Source: Phoronis australis (taxonomy: Eukaryota > Animalia > Phoronida). From it: a stretch of DNA of 40,685 nucleotides. The notes under the pieces were generated by a model. The model was given only the letters and a program-made list of their open reading frames with translations, was not told where the DNA came from and did no database searches. Positions 34,692 to 40,685 of the stretch are shown here, in pieces. A program made the translations under genes and the position numbers. The stretch's first letter is position 1, and the number at the start of each line of letters is the position of its first letter. The stretch covers positions 1-40,685 of the forward strand of contig NMRA01000495.1 of the NCBI GenBank assembly GCA_002633005.1, written 5' to 3'.

Positions 34692-35037
34692 AGGGACATT
34701 ATCGGCAAGTAAACTGATTTTCTGAGATCGTTTTCAGCGCGGATTCGAACCTGCACTAACTAACCCCCTCGACCGCAGCCAAACGCTCCACTGGCGGAGC
34801 TAAATCCCACTTTATAAATAGGGAGCATTTTGGGCAAGTTTAACCAGTGGTAAAGTCACGGGCCTTAAATTCAACGACTGTCGACAGCGGCGAGGATAGG
34901 TCATTTCTAATAAAATTACAAACGAGTTTTGTTCTTTTAGCTCTGGCCAAAGCTAATCACTTCAGTTTAAGAAGTGCATCGAATCCAAAAATAACCCCAA
35001 GAATGCGTTTTTTGTCCATAAAACCGACAATACCCCT
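34692..35037 (+). mobile_element. Non-autonomous TIR element of about 345 bp (Kolobok-like ends) containing a tRNA-like A/B-box segment
   Basis: Ends AGGGACATTATCGG / CCGACAATACCCCT with TTAC and TTAA flanks; minus-strand TAGCTCCGCCAGTGG (34788-34802) and GGTTCGAATCC (34741-34751); two further copies in the window. Confidence 0.65.
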
Positions 35038-35260
35038 TAAAAATGCGTTAGTAAAGGAAATTTATGCCCTCCTGTGAATGATTCCATTATAGGAAAGAAT
35101 TACCGTGTATCAATGGTATTTCTCTGTTTTTCGCAAGACCGAGTGCTGGGACGTGACATTTCATGCATAGACTATTATAAACCATAGCAGGAAGAGATAC
35201 CATTGCAACCACATGCTTAAGCCTGGACGTAACTTAGATCTAATTTTTGCAGGGATTTTT

Positions 35261-36574
35261 CTATGTGAACATGATTAACAGGTTAGCAATAAGGAAGAAA
35301 TGCAAGTTTTTTCCGGAGGCGCTGTTTGGTGTAGACATGCTTTGTTTGTCCTTTTCGTACCATCTTCCAAGCAACATGGCTGACAACAACGGTTTCGTCA
35401 TTGTATCTTTTGTGGCAATTTGCCCGTCATCGAATGACCATTCTCCAATGTCTAAGCCAACAGGGGAGGCTAAGACTTCAGGCATGATATACTTGGTGTC
35501 GAATTTTCCTCTCAGTTGAATTTTGCTGAACGTTGTGTTGGCAAACGTTGTTGAAGACCCACAAGATTGTTCTGACTGGTTGGCACATCTGACAAGTGCG
35601 CATGCCTGTATGTAATACTGTCCTTCCAACGTGTGCAAACCGTCAAAAGCGCCCAGTGCATAAAGATCGTTATTGTCCAAGCTATTTGTTGAAAAATCAA
35701 GAAAACAGCACACGCGATTTTGACAAACGCAAAGTTTGTCCTTTGTTTTCTCCAACTTCACCCACGAATACATGTCACCAAATAGCACAGAACGAAACTC
35801 CTTGAATGATTCACGTGCGCATTTTTGTTCAACGGGTACATACGGGCGATTTGGAGTTGGTTTCCGGTTAATTGTCGCTACCACTAACTGACCTTCGGGA
35901 TCATCGGGTTCGTATGAAAAATTAGCATGAACCTGTGGTGTATAAATGCCGCTTCCAACCATTCTATTAAGCGGTAGATGTATATTTGCTGAGAGCAAAT
36001 TCACGTTCATCATTCTGGCAAAAGCTTGGTGAGTTTCTATTGAAGCAAACAGCGGGAAAACGTTCATCCATGCCGTTGGGAATACAATATGGTCAATGCT
36101 ATGCCTTTCCACCAACGTAACTGCAGGCTCCTTGAACAAGATGTCGAAACAAATAAAAGTTCCGAAACGTCCAAACGGAGTATCGAAGAAAATGTGTTCC
36201 ACGGGTGGTTTGTTGAATGGTTCTGTAAGAAATAAGTGCTGTTTGTGATACTTGGCGACTAAACACCCCTTTGGGTCAAACACAACATTAGTATTAAAGA
36301 TGTATTCACCCGACAAAGGACAATTCGTGTCAACAATTCTTGTACACGGCTGCTTATCCCCCATATTGGCAACCAGATAAAACTCATTCTCCTTGGCAAT
36401 ACAGCTCAAGCGTTTCTGAACGGATATGTCGTACGTGCTGTTGGTGACGTCGCACGGGCACAAAGTTTGGTTGCTTGGTTCAGGAACGTATTCCATATAA
36501 GGGTAAATGGCCTCCCGTGACTTGAAACCAAATCCGTAAAGTCCGTCTTCTGGGAAAACCAAGATATTTGCATC
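35261..36574 (-). CDS. Vanin/biotinidase-like exon 2 (DANILVFPEDG...LIMFT*)
   Basis: CTTTCATTTCCAG acceptor 12 nt upstream of ORF 35261..36562; contains the catalytic triad and the vanin C-terminal domain. Confidence 0.95.
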   Translation of the reverse strand, partial: DANILVFPEDGLYGFGFKSREAIYPYMEYVPEPSNQTLCPCDVTNSTYDISVQKRLSCIAKENEFYLVANMGDKQPCTRIVDTNCPLSGEYIFNTNVVFDPKGCLVAKYHKQHLFLTEPFNKPPVEHIFFDTPFGRFGTFICFDILFKEPAVTLVERHSIDHIVFPTAWMNVFPLFASIETHQAFARMMNVNLLSANIHLPLNRMVGSGIYTPQVHANFSYEPDDPEGQLVVATINRKPTPNRPYVPVEQKCARESFKEFRSVLFGDMYSWVKLEKTKDKLCVCQNRVCCFLDFSTNSLDNNDLYALGAFDGLHTLEGQYYIQACALVRCANQSEQSCGSSTTFANTTFSKIQLRGKFDTKYIMPEVLASPVGLDIGEWSFDDGQIATKDTMTKPLLSAMLLGRWYEKDKQSMSTPNSASGKNLHFFLIANLLIMFT

Positions 36575-39103
36575 CTGGAAATGAAAGTGGGATGGAGAAT
36601 TACAATATTTTAATATTGTGAAATAAAATTCATTTGAATTAGGCTACTTAGGTACAAGACAGGTCTGCTTTCGAATTTATGTGAAAGCCAACCAGACGTC
36701 TCGGAGCGTGCTCAGTTCAGACAGCGGATCAAACGTCCTAATCTGCCTTGTGATTGGATGGCACTATGGATTCTGCAACAATCATTGCCAGCCATGTACA
36801 GTTACCTACGTGAGCGTCGTCCGACTTCTGCCCGGTACTCTAATCTAAGTTACTCGAAATCAAACTCGAAAATACATTTAGCTTTTACTGTCTACAAAAA
36901 TTCCAGTAAGAACTCGAATTTCGAGCAAAAACTCGAAATTTCTAATTCAGGCTCGAACTTATAGCTTAACACTGGGGGTCATCAAATGCACGCAAACCGC
37001 GTTAATATAGCCCACTCCAACACAGAATAATAGACACTTACATATCCGTCTAATGCAGTCGTACCAAATTAGAGTGGAAGATGTTAAAATAATTCCTTTT
37101 CGAGTAAACATTAGATCCCAGCCAGCTTTGGTTTCAGCTTAAAGTGACATGTCAGAAGTGAATTGCAATAGTCGGGCCTTATAATGCGTTAACATGGGCG
37201 ACGCAGCACTGAAATAAGTGGAATTATAGCCCCCAGCCCCCTACGGTGCGCACCGCCCATGCTCATGGGCTGCACCGCACTGAAATTAATAAGTGGGATG
37301 CTATAGCCCCCCAGCCCCCTATGGTGCGCCGCCCATGGAACTTAACACCATTAAAGTGCCGTTTACACTTACAAAGTTGACACGGATCAGCTGACACAGA
37401 ACAAGTTCCAGTGTGAAAACGGACTGACACGGAGCAAATTGACCACCGCGGCCAAATTTTTGCCACCTGTATTTGAGGTAGAGCAATTTGCACCCGAACA
37501 TCTTGCGCCGTTTCAAATTATAAGTCTAAACGCGAAACTGGAGCAAGGCGGAAAGGATCATCTCTACTGCGCTTGTGCAATGACCTTCATACGAGTTCTT
37601 TGTCTCTGCAACTCTCGTCATTTGTAAACCTGCGCATGTGGGATCCAGTCTCTCCAGCCTGCAATTTCCGTCTTGCCACTGTTAGTGAATATTGTGTCTG
37701 TTGTAAACGACCGCTTGACACGGGTCAATTTGCTCCGTGTCAGTTGCGCCGGGCCAAAGTTGATGTCTTAAGTCCCACCTATGCGTAGACCAGTACTTGC
37801 TGGAGTGTGTCCTGCGGATTTCTCAGAATACGACTGGTCGAGCAGGGCGTCATCGTCGTAAGCGTTACGGATTTGACTAAAGACAGCATCTTATGATTCT
37901 TCTGACTGATACACTGCTCTCCGTTAATGTTACCAGGAAGGGGTCTTGCCCCCCCCCTTTGGCCGCGGAAAGTAAACACTAAAATGACAAGGAAGCAAAT
38001 TTGCGCATTTAACATGTTACGTCTAATCGGTAACATATTATTTACAGTTTTCCTCGTGAGAAAAACTTTTAGATGTTTTTCGTAAATGTCTGCACTGATT
38101 CTACTAGTGTATGCCATTGTATACCCACGTGATCAAGGTTTCATTGAAGCACTTCAATAGTTTCTTTGTTGGGTTTACCCAGCTCGACAAAGTGGGGTGC
38201 CGTTGATACTTTAAACCTGGTTTTACTGAACCAGCTCCCTGGTCTAGCAAAACCAGGCTTTCAGACTCGTAAACCATGTTGGTGAAATGCAAGTCGGGTC
38301 TAAAATTAGACCAGGTTTAGGAAGACCAAGTTTAAGTCTTAAACCTGGTTTTGTTAAACCACCTTTATGAAATCGGCCGATAATGTTGCTTAGACGTTGT
38401 TATATATATTATCGCGAATTTTAAGATGAGCGCGTAAGTAAATACAGACATGTTAAACCCCGGCGACGTTTCGGTTTATTACTTAAATGTGATATATTAT
38501 CGCACTCGATATCAACTAAAATACGACCTCAAGATATTATAATATTATATACTTTGAACTTGGTTAAGTTTTAGTCCGGAGAAACAAAGATCTGTAATGC
38601 ATTAGATGTTGAATTGTGGTCTTGCGTTAGTTGAAATTGTTCATCAGTAAAACGCCAACACCCTGTGCGTGTGCGCACTATACTTTCTGTTCCTGTATCA
38701 GGAATACGTAAATCATTTGCGGCGAGTTTGCGTCTACGATTTTACGTGGTATGTCGACTGCGTTTTAGGGTGATTGTCCATATACGGATTTATTCGTTAC
38801 TTAAACATGATACATAATTTTCAGTTAGATTTCCTCGCTTTCGACATGTACTAATTGGTGCCATAAGGTTATCACTTTATAATTACTTGCCTTGGCAAGT
38901 TTCGCGCGTTCGGCCATTACGTCCAAGTTTCTGTCCATGTGTTTTACTGCCTCATCTCTGGTTATTACGTCAGACCGGCTCGGTGGCAAAACGACAGCAT
39001 GCTCGTACACTGCGGCGCTGAAAGTGTCTCCGTCCTTAAATACAGCCCCTTCTATTGAAAAGATTGCCGCGAGAACAGCCAACACTGAATATTCGACAAC
39101 CAT
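35261..39103 (-). CDS. Vanin/biotinidase-family (pantetheinase-like) nitrilase-superfamily amidohydrolase, two exons (38891-39103 and 35261-36574), about 508 aa
   Basis: Hydrophobic signal peptide, TFSAAVYEH, VFPEDG (catalytic Glu), NTNVVFD...KYHKQHLF (Lys), FGTFICFDILF (Cys), FPTAWMN, GSGIY, GAFDGLH, LLGRWYEKD, and a hydrophobic C-terminal tail. VNN versus BTD cannot be resolved without a tree. Confidence 0.93.
37193..37337. repeat. Tandem pair of about 70-bp units, each bounded by CATGGGC...GCCCATG
   Basis: Units 37193-37261 and 37264-37337 share GCACTGAAAT, AAGTGG and TATAGCCCCCAGCCCCCTA.GGTGCG. Confidence 0.8.
37354..37770. mobile_element. MITE-like element with a perfect 22-bp internal inverted repeat
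   Basis: ACTGACACGGAGCAAATTGACC (37423-37444) / GGTCAATTTGCTCCGTGTCAGT (37723-37744), repeated TGACAC motifs, and CGTTTACA / TGTAAACG. Outer limits are approximate. Confidence 0.7.
38135..38378. mobile_element. MITE-like element rich in AAACCTGGTTT / ACCAGG palindromic motifs
   Basis: Multiple AAACCTGGTTTT and ACCAGG copies; right end TTTATGAAATCGGCC; left end degenerate. Confidence 0.5.
38891..39103 (-). CDS. Vanin/biotinidase-like exon 1 (MVVEYSVLAVLAAIFSIEG...AAVYEH...AKLAK)
   Basis: Part of ORF 38825..39205. The ATG at 39103 begins a signal peptide; phase-0 donor AAG|GCAAGT (GC type). Confidence 0.85.
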
Positions 39104-39200
39104 GATGTTGTTTGTCACGGTAGGTGAAGTAATCGAACGATAAAACAAACAAGCAGATATTCGGTTGTGCGAGATTATCTGCAATGCTATTGACATCCGA

Positions 39201-39210
39201 GTCACGTGAC
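39201..39210. promoter_or_regulatory. Palindromic E-box/CLEAR-type motif GTCACGTGAC upstream of the vanin-like gene
   Basis: Perfect 10-bp palindrome 98 bp upstream of the ATG. Confidence 0.55.
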
Positions 39211-39971
39211 GAAACTAGTTTTACTTGGGGCCAGGGGGGGTGTTAAGTGTAGTTTTCCCAACTATATATTTACAGAAAGCCGCGCAAAGCCTAAACGGAA
39301 GTAAGCTTGTAACCAAGAAACACACAATGCAACAGGTATAAACTTAGTCAATCATTAAACTGAATTGAATTAAGCTGATAACATGCAGTTTCGTAGGGAA
39401 TCTGGCCATGAAAAACTGCCATGTAAGCTACACGTCCCGTTAAGCCTACCTCTAAATAATCCCCGGTTTAATTTATTTTCAGAGATGACTAAGTTCCTGG
39501 AATAGATCCCGTATCTGTAGGACATCTGAATCGACCGAGTTAAAAAAATGGGTTAATGGTTGTACCTTCCTAATAGTTTCATTTTGTCGTTTAGAAGTAA
39601 GCCGCGATACATTTTCATATTAGGCCTACATACACTAAAGCTGCACTTGCATTTCACCCCGTTTAGCAGACTAAAAAACGTAAATGAAATTGTGCCATAC
39701 CTTTTCGCGATTGGGCTATTTCCGTTACCAACTACAGAACATCGAAACCACTTCGGAGTTTATTGTTGGCCTCGTGTACGCATTGTTCATGTATCCTATC
39801 TAGTAATACGAGCGGGACCGTTCAAGTGGTTTTGGAAATTGAATTTACGGGCAATAGCGAAACTACGTTAGTGTTTTTAGAGATTGTCGCAGGTTTTTAA
39901 CATTCCCATGGGCCATTCAATGGTATAGAACGTGAGAAACAGACCTAAACTGCATTATTCAAGGCTCGCTG

Positions 39972-39984
39972 GTCCCTAGGCAAC
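39972..39984. promoter_or_regulatory. RFX X-box-like motif GTCCCTAGGCAAC
   Basis: Strong GGCAAC half-site in an imperfect palindrome, near a CpG-richer segment; target gene unknown. Confidence 0.3.
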
Positions 39985-40685
39985 ACGTAGCCCCTCGGTT
40001 GGCCGGTTAGGGGCTACAATACTTCCCATCACTTTCTGTACGAATTTTGTCCCGTGTATTTTAAATGGGCGCCGGGTAGGCCAAATCCGGCCATCAATTA
40101 GGAGTTTTCACCTTGTCAAATATACATTTCACACTATCACCTAAAAAAGCGCTCACTTTCTTCAGTGGTCCTTTCTATTTCTTCACATATCTTCGATGAA
40201 GCTTAGTTACGAGAATTAAGATGACTTTGGTGAAGAATTCCAACTCCACTGTCTTGGTCAACATTAACTTTTCACCACGCGCGCGATAACCACGAAGTAT
40301 TTCAACTGAGTCACTGGATCGAGTTAGGCAAAGGCTAGCGTGAGACTGAGCGAAGCGCGTGCCGCTGATGCGACACTTGCAAAATAGCATGGGAAGGTAT
40401 CAGGTGAAATTTGTAAGATTTGTGTCTCTTGGACTTTTTATTCGTCAACATGTGTGATTTCACGTAACTTCCTCAAAATGATCCCCGATAAGAGAAACTC
40501 GAGCAAACCGCGACAGATTTTCATAGATTTGTTCAAATCATCTTGACTGAATCGTCTCCAGACTTATGGCATGTGTTAATTATAACTCCATGTGCATATA
40601 TGCATGTTTCATTTGATTTTATTTCTTGTGTTTTGAAGTTCGTAAATTTTTGTGCAGTGTTGTATTGGTAAAATTAAGAGGTAAG

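Noticed and set aside
34736-34810. tRNA gene
   Set aside because: A/B-box-like motifs are present, but I could not form acceptor or anticodon stems, and it lies inside a repeated element.
37193-37337. CRISPR-like repeat array (also considered for 4038-4111 and 13572-13681)
   Set aside because: Only two units with no unique spacers, no cas genes, and a eukaryotic spliceosomal context.
39976-40017. Helitron 3' end (hairpin followed by CTAG on the minus strand)
   Set aside because: CTAG is followed by G rather than the expected T, and no 5' TC end or second copy was found.

Overview
This is AT-rich, intron-rich animal genomic DNA. It looks invertebrate, but the taxon cannot be determined from the sequence. 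There are two assembly gaps (10164-10287 and 21157-21168). I could reconstruct two minus-strand protein-coding genes by hand. (1) A SPATA1-like gene has 13 phase-consistent core exons from 31876 to 3085, about 735 aa. Its conserved N-terminal domain and C-terminal coiled coil are separated by a long low-complexity linker, and intron 3 is 11.5 kb. (2) A two-exon vanin/biotinidase-family amidohydrolase runs from 39103 to 35261, about 508 aa, with a signal peptide, the E-K-C triad, a GPI-like tail and an apparent GC-AG intron. The rest is intron or intergenic DNA with many short inverted-repeat (MITE-like) elements. Most ORFs in the supplied track are spurious. I see no convincing wholly new multi-gene system. 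The best leads are a candidate cluster of three frame-compensating microexons, a tandemly duplicated splice acceptor and a triplicated C-terminus/stop segment in SPATA1, a three-copy TIR element carrying tRNA-like A/B boxes, and identical GTCACGTGAC palindromes about 100 bp upstream of both start codons.
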